DNA from: Eledone cirrhosa
Lineage: Eukaryota
Assembly (NCBI GenBank): GCA_964016885.1
Contig: OZ024744.1
Span: 130,138,001-130,202,000, forward strand
Length of the DNA stretch: 64,000 nt
Reading direction: 5' to 3'
The position numbers and the translations under genes were made by a program. Numbering within the stretch: position 1 is the first letter of the stretch; the number at the start of each line of letters is the position of its first letter. Of the stretch, positions 23,001-35,600 are shown one piece after another. Below the pieces are notes generated by a model. The model was not told the DNA's origin. It made no database searches and saw only the letters and a list, made by a program, of their open reading frames with translations.

Positions 23001-26000
23001 TAAGTTAGGGCTAAGTTAAGTTGGGGCTGCGTTAAGTTGGGGTTAAATTAAGTTGGGGTTAAGTTAAGTTGGGGGTAAGATAAGTTGGGGTTAGTTAAGT
23101 TGCGGTTAAGTTAAGTTGGGGTTAAGTTAAGTTGGGGTTAAGTTGATTTGGGGTAAAGTTAAGTTGGGGTTAATTTAAGTTGGGGTTAAGTTAAGTTGGG
23201 GTTAATTTAAGTTGGGGTTAATTTAAGTTGGGGTTAAGTTAAGTTGGGGTTAAGTTAAGTTGGGGTTAAGTTAAGTTGGGGGTAAGTTAAGTTGGGGTTA
23301 AGTTAAGTTGGGGTTAAGTTGGGGTTAAGTTAAGTTAGGGTTAACTTAAGTTGGGGTTAAGTTAAGTGGTGGTTATGTTAAGTGGTGGTTATGTTAACTT
23401 GGGGTTAAGGTAAGTTGGGGTTAAGTTAGATTGGGGTTAAGTTAAGTTGCGGTTAAGTTAAGTTGGGGTTAAGTTAAGTTGGGGTTAAGTTAATTAGGGT
23501 TAAGTTAAGTTGGGGTTAAGTTAAGTTGGGGTTAAGTTAAGTTGCGGTTAAGTTAAGTTGGCGTTAAGTTAAGTTGGGGTTAAGTTAAGTTGGGATTAAG
23601 TTAAGTTGGGGTTAAGTTAAGTTGGGGTTAAGTTAAGTTGGGGTTAAGTTAGATTGTTGTTAAGTTAAGTTGGGGTTAAGTTAAGTTGGGGTTAATTTAA
23701 GTTGGGGTTAAGTTAAGTCGGGGTTAAGTTGAGTTGGGGTTAGGTTAAGTTGGGGTTAAGTTAAGTTGGGGTTAAGTTAAGTTGGGGTTAAGATAAGTTG
23801 GGGTTAAGTTAAGTTGGGGTTGAGTTAATTTGGGGTTAACTTAAGTTGGGGTTAACTTAAGTCGGGATTAAGTTAAGTGGGGGTTAAGTTAAGTTGGGGT
23901 TAAATTAAGTTCCGGTTAATTTAAGTTGGGGTTAAGTTAAGTTGGGGTTAAGTTAGGTTGGGGTTAATTTAAGTTGGGGGTAAGTTAAGTTGGGGGTAAG
24001 TTCAGTTGGGGTTAAGTTAAGTTGGGGTTGAGTTAAGTTGGGGCTAAGTTAAGTTAGGGTTATGTTAAGTTGGGGTTAATTTAAGTTGGGGTTAAGTTAA
24101 GTTGGGGTTCAATTAAGTTGCGGTTAATTTAAGTTGGGGTTAAGTTAAGTTGGGGTTAAGTTAAGTTGGGGTTAAGTTAAGTTGGGGTTAAGTTAAGTTG
24201 GGGTTAAGTTAAGTTGGGTTTAAGTTAAGTTGGGGTTAAGTTAAGTTGGGGTTAAGTTAAGTAGGGGTTAAGTTAAGTTGGGGTTAAGTTAAGTTGGGGT
24301 TAAGTTAAGTTGGGGTTAAGTTAATTTGTGGTTAAGTTAAGTTGGGGTTAAGTTAAGTTGGGGTTAAGTTCAGTCGGGGTTAAGTTAAGTCGGGGTTAAT
24401 TTAAGTTGGGGTTGAGTTAAGTTGGGGTTAAGTTAAGTTGGGGTTAAGATAAGTTGGGGTTAAGTTAAGTTGGGATTGAGTTAAGTTGGGGTTGAGTTAA
24501 TTTGGGGTTAAGTTAAGTTGGAGTTAACTTAAGTTGGGTTTAAGTTAAGTTGGCGTTAAGTTAAGTTGGGGTTAAATTAAGTTGGGGTTAAGTTAAGTTG
24601 GGGGTAAGATAAGTTGGGGTTAGTTAAGTTGCGGTTAAGTTAAGTCGGGGTTACGTTAAGTTGGGGTAAAGTTAAGTTGGGGGTAAGTTAAGTTGGGGGT
24701 AAGTTAAGTTGGGGGTAAGTTAAGTTGGGGTTAATTTAAGTTAGGTCTAATTAAGTTGGGGTTAAGTTAAGTTGGGGTTAAATTAAGTTGGGGTTAAGTT
24801 AAGTTGGGGTTAAGTTAAGTTGGGGTTAAGTTAAGTTGCGGTTAAGTTAAGTTGAGGTTAAGTTAAGTAGGGGTTAAATTATGTTGGGGTTAAGTTAAGT
24901 TCGGGTTAAGTTAAGTTGGGGTTAAGTTGAGTTGGGGATAAGTTAAGTTGGGGATAAGTTAAGTTGGGGTTAAGTTAAGTTGGGTTTAAGTTAAGTTTGA
25001 GTTAAGTTAAGTTGGGGTTAAGTTAAGTTGGGGTTAATTTAAGTTGGGGTTAAGTTAAGTTGGGGTTAAGTTAAGTTGGGGTTAAGTTAAGTTGGGGTTA
25101 AGTTAAGTTGCGGTTAAGTTAAGTTGAGGTTAAGTTAAGTTGGGGTTAAGTTAAGTTGGGGTTAAGTTAAGTTGGGGCTAAGTTAAGTTGGGGCTAAGTT
25201 AAGTTGGGGCTAAGTTAAGTTGGGGTTAAGTTAACTTTGGGTTAAGTTAATTTGGGTTTGAGTTAAGTTGGGGTTAATTAAGTTGGGGTTAAGTTAAGTT
25301 GGGGTTAAGTTAAGTTGGGGTTAAGTTAAGTTGGGGTTAAGTTAAGTTGCGGTTAAGTTAAGTTGATGTTAAGTTAAGTTGATGTTAAGTTAAGTTGGGG
25401 TTAAGTTAAGTCGGGGTTAAGTTGAGGTGGGGTTAAGTTAAGTTGGGGTCAACTAAAGTTGGGGTTAAGTTAAGTTGGGGTTAACTTAAGTTGGGGTTAA
25501 ATTAAGTTGGGGTTAAGTTGGGGTTAAATTAAGTTGGGGTTAAGTTAAGTTGGGGTTAAGTTAAATGGGGTTAAGTTAAGTTGCGGGTAATTTAAGTTGG
25601 GGTTAAGTTAAGTTGGGGTTAAGTTAAGTTAGGGTTAAGTTAAGTTGGGGTTGAATTAAGTTGGGGTTAAGTTAAGTTGGGCTTATGTTAAGTTGGGGTT
25701 AAGTTAAGTTGTGGTTAAGTTAAGTTGGGGTTAAATTAAGTTGCGGTTAAGTTAAGTTGGGGTTAAATTAAGTTGGGGTTAAGTTAAGTTGGGATTAAGT
25801 TAAGTTGGGGTTAAGTTAAGTTGGGGTTACGTTAAGTTGGGGTTAAGTTAGATTGTTGTTAAGTTAAGTTGGTGTTAAGTTAAGTTGGGGTTAATTTAAG
25901 TTGGGGTTAATTTAAGTTGGGTCTAATTAAGTTGGGGTTAAGTTAAGTTGGTGGTAAGTTAAGTTGGGGGATAGTTAAGATGGGGTTAAGTTAAGTTGGG

Positions 26001-29000
26001 GTTAATTTAATTTGGGGTTAAGTTAAGTTAGGGTTAAGTTAAGTTGGGGTTGAGTTAAGTCGGGGTTCAGTTAAGTTGGGGTTATGTTAAGTTGGGGTTA
26101 AGTTAAGTTGGGGTTAAGTTAAGTTGGGGTTCAATTAAGTTGAGGGTAATTTAAGTTGGGGTTAAGTTAAGTTGGGGGTACGTTAAGTTGGGGGTAAGTT
26201 AAGTTGGGGTTAAGTTAAGTTGGGGTTAAGTTAAGTCGGGGTTAATTTAAGTTGCGGTTAAGTTAAGTTGGGGTTAAGTTAAGTTGGGGTTAAGTTAAGT
26301 TGGGATTAAGTTAAGTTGGGGTTAAGTTAAGTTGGGGTTGAGTTAAGTTGGGGTTAATTTAGATTGTTGTTAAGTTATTTTGGGGTTGAGTTAACTTGGG
26401 GTTAAGTTAAGTTGGGGTTAAGTTAAGTCGGGGTTAATTTAAGTTGCGGTTAAGTTAAGTTGGGGTTAAGTTAAGTGGGGGTTAAGTTGAGTTGGGGTTA
26501 AGTTAAGTTGGGGTTAAGTTAAGTTGGGGTTAAGTTAAGTTGGGGTTAAGATAAGTTGGGGTTAAGTTAAGTTGGGGTTGAGTTAACTTGGGGTTAAGTT
26601 AAGTTGGGGTTAAGTTAAGTTGGGGTTAAGTTAGGTTGGGGTTAAGTTATGTTGGGGGTAAGTTAAGTTGGGGGTAAGTTAAGTTGGGGGTAAGTTAAGT
26701 TGGGTCTAATTAAGTTGGGGTTAAGTTAAGTTGGGATTAAGTTAAGTTGGGGTTAAGTTAAGTTGGGGTTAAATTAAGTTCGGGTTAAGTTAAGTTGGGG
26801 TTAAGTTAACTTGGGGTTAAGTTAAGTTGGGGTTAAGTTAAGTTGGGGTTAAGTTAGGTTGGGGTTAAGTTATGTTGGGGGTAAGTTAAGTTGGGGGTAA
26901 GTTAAGTTGGGGGTAAGTTAAGTTGGGTCTAATTAAGTTGGGGTTAAGTTAAGTAGGGGTTAAGTTAAGTTGGGGTTAAGTTAAGTTGGGGTTAAGTTAA
27001 GTTGGGGTTAGGTTAAGTTGGGGCTAAGTTAAGTTGGGGTTAAGTTAAGTTGGGGTTACGTTAAGTTGGGGGTAAGTTAAGTTGGTGGTAAGTTAAGTGG
27101 GGGGTAAGTTAAGATGGGGTTAAGTTAAGTTGGGGTTAATTTAATTTGGGGTTAAGTTAAGTTGGGGTTAAGTTAAGTTGGGGTTAAGTTAAGTTGGAGT
27201 TAAGTTAAGTTGGGGGTAAGTTAAGTTGGGGTTAAGTTAAGTTGGGGTTAAGATAAGTTGGGGTTAAGTTAAGTTGGGGTTGAGCTAAGTTGGGGTTGAG
27301 TTAATTTGGGGTTAAGTTAAGTTGGGGTTAAGTTAAGTTGGGTTTAAGTTAAGTTGGGGTTAAGTTAAGTTGGGGTTAAATTAAGTTGGGGTTAAGCTAA
27401 GTTGGGGTTAAGTTAAATTGAGGTTAAGTTAAGTTGGGGTTAATTTAAGTTGGGGTTAAGCTAAGTTGGGGTTAAGTTAAATTGAGGTTAAGTTAAGTTG
27501 GGGTTAAGTTAAGTTGGGGTTAATTTAAGTTGGGGCTAAGTAAAGTTGGGGCTAAGTTAAGTGGGGGTTAAGTTAAGTTAGGGTTGAGTTAAGTTGGGGT
27601 TAAGTTAACTTTGGGTTAAGTTAAGTTGGGTTTGAGTTAAGTTGGGGTTAATTAAGTTGGGGTTAAGTTAAGTTGGGGTTAAGTTAAGTTGCGGTTAAGT
27701 TAAGTTGAGGTTAAGTTAAGTTGGGGTTAAGTGAAGTTGGAGTTAAGTTAAGTTGGGGCTAAGTTAAGTTGGGGCTAAGTTAAGTTGGGGCTTAGTTAAG
27801 TTGGGTTTAAGTTAAGTTGGGGTTAAGTTACGTTGGGGTTAATTTAAGTTGGGGTTAAGTTAAGTTGCGGGTAATTTAAGTTGGGGTTAAGTTAAGTTGG
27901 GGTTAAGTTAAGTTGGGGTTAAGTTAAGTTGGGGGTAAGTTAAGTTGGGGGTAAGATAAGTTGGGGGTAAGTTAAGTTGGGGTTAAGTTAAGTTGGGGTT
28001 AAGTTAAGTTGGGGTTAAGTTAAGTTAGGGTTAAGTTAAGTTGGGGTTGAGTTAAGTTGGGGTTAAGTTAAGTTGGGGTTATGTTAAGTTGGGGTTAAGT
28101 TAAATTGGGGTTAATTTAACTTTGTGGTTAAGTTAAGTTGGGGTTAATTTAAGTTGGGGTTAAGTTAAGTTGGGGTTAAGTTAAGTTGGGGTTAAGTTAA
28201 GTTGGGGTTAATTTAAGTTGCGGTTAAGTTAAGTTGAGGTTAAGTTAAGTTGGGGTTAAGTTAAGTTGGGGTTAAGTTAAGTTGGGGCTAAGTTAATTTG
28301 GGGCTAAGTTAAGTTGGGGCTTAGTTAAGTTGGGGTTAAGTTAAGTTGGGGTTAAGTTAAGGTGGGGTTTAGTTAAGTTGGGGTCAACTAAAGTTGGGGT
28401 TAAGTTAAGTTGGGGTTTATTTAAGTTGGGGTTCAGTTAATTTGGGGTTAAGTTAAGTTTGGGTTAAGTTGGGGTTAAATTAAGTTGGGGTTAAGTTAAG
28501 TTGGGGTTAAGTTAAGTTGGGGTTAAGTTAAGTTGGGGTCAAGTTAAGTTGGGGTTAAGTTAAGTTGGGGGTAAGCTAAGTTGGGGGTAAGTTAAGTTGG
28601 TGTTAAGTTAAGTTGGGGTTAAGTTAAGTTGGGGTTAAGTTAAGTTGGGTTTAAGTTAAGTTGGGGCTGAGTTAAGTTAGGGCTAAGTTAAGTTGGAGTT
28701 AAGTAAAGTTAGGGCTAAGCTAAGTTGGGGTTAAGTTAAGTTGGGGTTAATTTAAGTTGGGGTTACATTAAGATGAGGTTAAGTTAAGTTGGTGTTAAGT
28801 TAAGTTGGGGTTAATTTAAGTTGGGGTTAATTAAGTTGGGGTTAAGTTAAGTTGGGGTTAAGTTAAGTTGGAGTTAATTTCAGTTGGGGTTGAGTTAAGT
28901 TGGGGTTAAGTTTAGTTGGGGTTAAGTTAAGTTGGGGTTGAGTTAAGTTGGGGTTAAGTTAAGTTGGGGCTAAGTTAAGTTCGGGTTAAGTTAAGTTGGT

Positions 29001-29676
29001 GTTAAGTTAAGTTGGGGTTAAGTTAAGTTGGGGCTAAGTTAAGTTGGGTCTAAGTTAAGTTGGGGTTAAGTTAAGTTGGGGTTAAGTTTAGTTAGGGTTA
29101 ATTTAATTTGGGGTTATGTTAAGTTGGGGTTAAGTTAAGTTGGGGTTAAGTTAGGTTGGTGTTAAGTTAAGTTGGGGGTAAGTTAAGTTGGGGGTAAGTT
29201 AAGTTGGTGTTAATTTAAGTTGGGGTTAAGTTAAGTTGGGGTTAATTTAAGTTGGGGTTAATTTAAGTTGGGGTTAAGTTAAGTTGGGGTTAAGTTAAGT
29301 TGGGGTTAAGTTAAGTTGGGGTAAGTTAAGTTGGGGTTAAGTTAAGTTGGGGTTAAGTTGGGGTTAAGTTAAGTTAGGGTTAACTTAAGTTGGGGTTAAG
29401 TTAAGTGGTGGTTATGTTAAGTGGTGGTTATGTTAACTTGGGGTTAAGTTAAGTTGGGGTTAAGTTAAATTGGGGTTAAGTTAAGTTGCGGTTAAGTTAA
29501 GTTGGGGTTACGTTAAGTTGGGGTTAAGTTAATTAGGGTTAAGTTAAGTTGGGGTTAAGTTAAGTTGGGGTTAATTTAAGTTGCGGTTAAGTTAAGTTGG
29601 CGTTAAGTTAAGTTGGGGTTAAGTTAAGTTGGGATTAAGTTAAGTTGGGGTTAAGTTAAGTTGGGGTTAAGTTAAG
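8009..29676 (+). repeat. Large tandem duplication, copy 1 (about 21.7 kb)
   Basis: Rare variants recur at a constant 21,668 offset at the start: GGGGATAAG 8043/29711, ACTAAAGTTGTGG 8801/30469, TTGGGGTCAAG 9203/30871, GGGATTAATTTAAGTTAAG 9921/31589. Markers stay colinear with stepwise offset changes up to TTGGCG 29597/53823. Confidence 0.9.
14826..21723 (+). repeat. 3.4/3.5 kb tandem duplication inside copy 1 (14826-18218 / 18219-21723)
   Basis: TTAGATTGTTG 15311/18704 (offset 3393) and TTACG 18214/21719 (offset 3505). Both halves share TTACGTTGGGGCTTAG and GGGCTTAATTAAG variants. Confidence 0.85.
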
Positions 29677-32600
29677 TTGGGGGTAAGTTAAGTTGGTGGT
29701 AAGTTAAGTTGGGGATAAGTTAAGATGGGGTTAAGTTAAGTTGGGGTTAATTTAATTTGGGGTTAAGTTAAGTTGGGGTTAAGTTAAGTTGGGGTTAAGT
29801 TAAGTTGGAGTTAAGTTAAGTTGGGGGTAAGTTAAGTTGGGGTTAAGTTAAGTTGGGGTTAAGATAAGTTGGGGTTAAGTTAAGTTGGGGTTGAGCTAAG
29901 TTGGGGTTGAGTTAATTTGGGGTTAAGTTAAGTTGGGGTTAAGTTAAGTTGGGGTTAAATTAAGTTGGGGTTAAGCTAAGTTGGGGTTAAGTTAAATTGA
30001 GGTTAAGTTAAGTTGGGGTTAATTTAAGTTGGGGTTAAGCTAAGTTGGGGTTAAGTTAAATTGAGGTTAAGTTAAGTTGGGGTTAAGTTAAGTTGGGGTT
30101 AATTTAAGTTGGGGCTAAGTAAAGTTGGGGCTAAGTTAAGTAGGGGTTAAGTTAAGTTAGGGTTGAGTTAAGTTGGGGTTAAGTTAACTTTGGGTTAAGT
30201 TAAGTTGGGTTTGAGTTAAGTTGGGGTTAATTAAGTTGGGGTTAAGTTAAGTTGGGGTTAAGTTAAGTTGGGGTTAAGTTAAGTTGGGGTTAAGTTAAGT
30301 TGCGGTTAAGTTAAGTTGAGGTTAAGTTAAGTTGGGGTTAAGTGAAGTTGCGGTTAAGTTAAGTTGGGGCTAAGTTAAGTTGGGGCTAAGTTAAGTTGGG
30401 GCTTAGTTAAGTTGGGGTTAAGTTAAGTTGGGGTTAAGTTAAGGTGGGGTTTAGTTAAGTTGGGGTCAACTAAAGTTGTGGTTAAGTTAAGTTGGGGTTC
30501 ACTTAAGTTGGGGTTAAGTTAAGTTGGGGTTAAGTTAAGTTGGGGTTTATTTAAGTTGGGGTTCAGTTAATTTGGGGTTAAGTTAAGTTTGGGTTTAGTT
30601 GGGGTTAAATTAAGTTGGGGTTAAGTTAAGTTGGGGTTAAGTTACGTTGGGGTTAATTTAAGTTGGGGTTAAGTTAAGTTGCGGGTAATTTAAGTTGGGG
30701 TTAAGTTAAGTTGGGGTTAAGTTAAGTTGGGGTTAAGTTAAGTTGGGGGTAAGTTAAGTTGGGGGTAAGTTAAGTTGGGGGTAAGTTAAGTTGGGGTTAA
30801 GTTAAGTTGGGGTTAAGTTAAGTTGGGGTTAAGTTAAGTTAGGGTTAAGTTAAGTTGGGGTTGAGTTAAGTTGGGGTCAAGTTAAGTTGGGGTTATGTTA
30901 AGTTGGGGTTAAGTTAAATTGGGGTTAATTTAACTTTGTGGTTAAGTTAAGTTGGGGTTAATTTAAGTTGGGGTTAAGTTAAGTTGGAGTTAAGTTAAGT
31001 TGGGGTTAAGTTAAGTTGCGGTTAAGTTAAGTTGAGGTTAAGTTAAGTTGGGGTTAAGTTAAGTTGGGGTTAAGTTAAGTTGGGGCTAAGTTAAGTTGGG
31101 GCTAAGTTAAGTTGGGGCTTAGTTAAGTTGGGGTTAAGTTAAGTTGGGGTTAAGTTAAGGTGGGGTTTAGTTAAGTTGGGGTCAACTAAAGTTGGGGTTA
31201 AGTTAAGTTGGGGTTTATTTAAGTTGGGGTTCAGTTAATTTGGGGTTAAGTTAAGTTTGGGTTAAGTTGGGGTTAAATTAAGTTGGGGTTAAGTTAAGTT
31301 GGGGTTAAGTTAAGTTGGGGTTAAGTTAAGTTGGGGTTAAGTTAAGTTGGGGGTAAGTTAAGTTGGGGGTAAGTTAAGTTGGTGTTAAGTTAAGTTGGGG
31401 TTAAGTTAAGTTGGGGTTAAGTTAAGTTGGGTTTAAGTTAAGTTGGGGCTGAGTTAAGTTAGGGCTAAGTTAAGTTGGAGTTAAGTAAAGTTAGGGCTAA
31501 GTTAAGTTGGGGTTAAGTTAAGTTGGGGTTAATTTAAGTTGGGGTTACATTAAGATGAGGTTAAGTTAAGTTGGTGTTAAGTTAAGTTGGGATTAATTTA
31601 AGTTAAGTTGGGGTTAAGTTAAGTTGGGGTTAAGTTAAGTTGGGGTTAATTTCAGTTGGGGTTGAGTTAAGTTGGGGTTAAGTTTAGTTGGGGTTAAGTT
31701 AAGTTGGGGTTGAGTTAAGTTGGGGTTAAGTTAAGTTGGGGCTAAGTTAAGTTCGGGTTAAGTTAAGTTGGTGTTAAGTTAAGTTGGGGTTAAGTTAAGT
31801 TGGGGCTAAGTTAAGTTGGGGTTAAGTTAAGTTGGGGTTAAGTTAAGTTGGGGCTAAGTTAAGTTGGGGCTAAGTTAAGTTGGGGTTAAGTTAAGTTAGG
31901 GTTAATTTAAGTTGGGGTTATGTTAAGTTGGGGTTAAGTTAAGTTGGGGTTAAGTTAGGTTGGTGTTAAGTTAAGTTGGGGGTAAGTTAAGTTGGGGGGT
32001 AAGTTAAGTTGGTGTTAAGTTAAGTTGGGGTTAAATTAAGTTGGGGTTAAGTGAAGTTGCGGTTAAGTTAAGTTGGGGCTAAGTTAAGTTGGGGCTAAGT
32101 TAAGTTGGGGCTTAGTTAAGTTGGGGTTAAGTTAAGTTGGGGTTAAGTTAAGGTGGGGTTTAGTTAAGTTGGGGTCAACTAAAGTTGGGGTTAAGTTAAG
32201 TTGGGGTTCACTTAAGTTGGGGTTAAGTTAAGTTGGGGTTAAGTTAAGTTGGGGTTTATTTAAGTTGGGGTTCAGTTAATTTGGGGTTAAGTTAAGTTTG
32301 GGTTTAGTTGGGGTTAAATTAAGTTGGGGTTAAGTTAAGTTGGGGTTAAGTTACGTTGGGGTTAATTTAAGTTGGGGTTAAGTTAAGTTGCGGGTAATTT
32401 AAGTTGGGGTTAAGTTAAGTTGGGGTTAAGTTAAGTTGGGGTTAAGTTAAGTTGGGGGTAATTTAAGTTGGGGGTAAGTTAAGTTGGGGGTAAGTTAAGT
32501 TGGGGTTAAGTTAAGTTGGGGTTAAGTTAAGTTGGGGTTAAGTTAAGTTAGGGTTAAGTTAAGTTGGGGTTGAGTTAAGTTGGGGTTATGTTAAGTTGGG

Positions 32601-35600
32601 GTTATGTTAAGTTGGGGTTAAGTTAAATTGGGGTTAATTTAACTTTGTGGTTAAGTTAAGTTGGGGTTAATTTAAGTTGGGGTTAAGTTAAGTTGGAGTT
32701 AAGTTAAGTTGGGGTTAAGTTAAGTTGGGGTTAATTTAAGTTGCGGTTAAGTTAAGTTGAGGTTAAGTTAAGTTGGGGTTAAGTTAAGTTGGGGTTAAGT
32801 TAAGTTGGGGCTAAGTTAAGTTGGGGCTAAGTTAAGTTGGGGCTTAGTTAAGTTGGGGTTAAGTTAAGTTGGGGTTAAGTTAAGGTGGGGTTTAGTTAAG
32901 TTGGGGTCAACTAAAGTTGGGGTTAAGTTAAGTTGGGGTTTATTTAAGTTGGGGTTCAGTTAATTTGGGGTTAAGTTAAGTTGGGGTTAAGTTAAGTTGG
33001 GGTTAAGTTAAGTTGGGGGTAAGTTAAGTTGGTGTTAAGTTAAGTTGGGGTTAAGTTAAGTTGGGGTTAAGTTAAGTTGGGTTTAAGTTAAGTTGGGGCT
33101 GAGTTAAGTTAGGGCTAAGTTAAGTTGGAGTTAAGTAAAGTTAGGGCTAAGTTAAGTTGGGGTTAAGTTAAGTTGGGGTTAATTTAAGTTGGGGTTACAT
33201 TAAGATGAGGTTAAGTTAAGTTGGTGTTAAGTTAAGTTGGGGTTAATTTAAGTTAAGTTGGGGTTAAGTTAAGTTGGGGTTAAGTTAAGTTGGGGTTAAT
33301 TTCAGTTGGGGTTGAGTTAAGTTGGGGTTAAGTTTAGTTGGGGTTAAGTTAAGTTGGGGTTGAGTTAAGTTGGGGTTAAGTTAAGTTGGGGCTAAGTTAA
33401 GTTCGGGTTAAGTTAAGTTGGTGTTAAGTTAAGTTGGGGTTAAGTTAAGTTGGGGCTAAGTTAAGTTGGGTCTAAATTAAGTTGGGGTTAAGTTAAGTTG
33501 GGGTTAAGTTAAGTTAGGGTTAATTTAAGTTGGGGTTATGTTAAGTTGGGGTTAAGTTAAGTTGGGGTTAAGTTAGGTTGGTGTTAAGTTAAGTTGGGGG
33601 TAAGTTAAGTTGGGGGTAAGTTAAGTTGGTGTTAAGTTAAGTTGGGGTTAAGTTAAGTTGGGGTTAAGTTAAGTTGGGTTTAAGTTAAGTTGGGGTTAAG
33701 TTAAGTTGGGGTTAAGATAAGTTGGGGTTAAGTTAAGTTGGGGTTGAGTTAATTTGGGGTTAACTTAAGTTGGGGTTAACTTAAGTCGGGATTAAGTTAA
33801 GTGGGGGTTAAGTTAAGTTGGGGTTAAATTAAGTTCCGGTTAATTTAAGTTGGGGTTAAGTTAAGTTGGGGTTAAGTTAGGTTGGGGTTAAGTTAAGTTG
33901 GGGGTAAGTTAAGTTGGGGGTAAGTTCAGTTGGGGTTAAGTTAAGTTGGGGTTGAGTTAAGTTGGGGCTAAGTTAAGTTAGGGTTATGTTAAGTTGGGGT
34001 TAATTTAAGTTTGGGTTAAGTTAAGTTGGGGTTCAATTAAGTTGCGGTTAATTTAAGTTGGGGTTAAGTTAAGTTGGGGTTAAGTTAAGTTGGGGTTAAG
34101 TTAAGTTGGGGTTAAGTTAAGTTGGGGTTAAGTTAAGTTGGGGTTAAGTTAAGTTGGGGTTAAGTTAAGTTGGGGTTACGTTAAGTTGGGGGTAAGTTAA
34201 ATTGGTGGTAAGTTAAGTTGGGGGTAAGTTAAGATGGGGTTAAGTTAAGTTGGGGTTAATTTAATTTGGGGTTAAGTTAAGTTGGGGTTAAGTTAAGTTG
34301 GGGTTAAGTTAAGTTGGAGTTAAGTTAAGTTGGGGGTAAGTTAAGTTGGGGTTAAGTTAAGTTGGGGTTAAGATAAGTTGGGGTTAAGTTAAGTTGGGGT
34401 TGAGCTAAGTTGGGGTTGAGTTAATTTGGGGTTAAGTTAAGTTGGGGTTAAGTTAAGTTGGGTTTAAGTTAAGTTGGGGTTAAGTTAAGTTGGGGTTAAA
34501 TTAAGTTGGGGTTAAGCTAAGTTGGGGTTAAGTTAAATTGAGGTTAAGTTAAGTTGGGGTTAATTTAAGTTGGGGTTAAGCTAAGTTGGGGTTAAGTTAA
34601 ATTGAGGTTAAGTTAAGTTGGGGTTAAGTTAAGTTGGGGTTAATTTAAGTTGGGGCTAAGTAAAGTTGGGGCTAAGTTAAGTAGGGGTTAAGTTAAGTTA
34701 GGGTTGAGTTAAGGTGGGGTTTAGTTAAGTTGGGTTTGAGTTAAGTTGGGGTTAATTAAGTTGGGGTTAAGTTAAGTTGGGGTTAAGTTAAGTTGGGGTT
34801 AAGTTAGGTTGAGATTAAGTTAAGTTGGGGTTAAGTGAAGTTGCGGTTAAGTTAAGTTGGGGCTAAGTTAAGTTGGGGCTAAGTTAAGTTGGGGCTTAGT
34901 TAAGTTGGGGTTAAGTTAAGTTGGGGTTAAGTTAAGGTGGGGTTTAGTTAAGTTGGGGTCAACTAAAGTTGGGGTTAAGTTAAGTTGGGGTTCACTTAAG
35001 TTGGGGTTAAGTTAAGTTGGGGTTAAGTTAAGTTGGGGTTTATTTAAGTTGGGGTTCAGTTAATTTGGGGTTAAGTTAAGTTTGGGTTTAGTTGGGGTTA
35101 AATTAAGTTGGGGTTAAGTTAAGTTGGGGTTAAGTTACGTTGGGGTTAATTTAAGTTGGGGTTAAGTTAAGTTGCGGGTAATTTAAGTTGGGGTTAAGTT
35201 AAGTTGGGGTTAAGTTAAGTTGGGGTTAAGTTAAGTTGGGGGTAAGTTAAGTTGGGGGTAAGTTAAGTTGGGGGTAAGTTAAGCTGGGGTTAAGTTAAGT
35301 TGGGGTTAAGTTAAGTTAGGGTTAAGTTAAGTTAGGGTTAAGTTAAGTTGGGGTTGAGTTAAGTTGGGGTTAAGTTAAGTTGGGGTTATGTTAAGTTGGG
35401 GTTAAGTTAAATTGGGGTTAATTTAACTTTGTGGTTAAGTTAAGTTGGGGTTAATTTAAGTTGGGGTTAAGTTAAGTTGGAGTTAAGTTAAGTTGGGGTT
35501 AAGTTAAGTTGGGGTTAATTTAAGTTGCGGTTAAGTTAAGTTGAGGTTAAGTTAAGTTGGGGTTAAGTTAAGTTGGGGTTAAGTTAAGTTGGGGCTAAGT

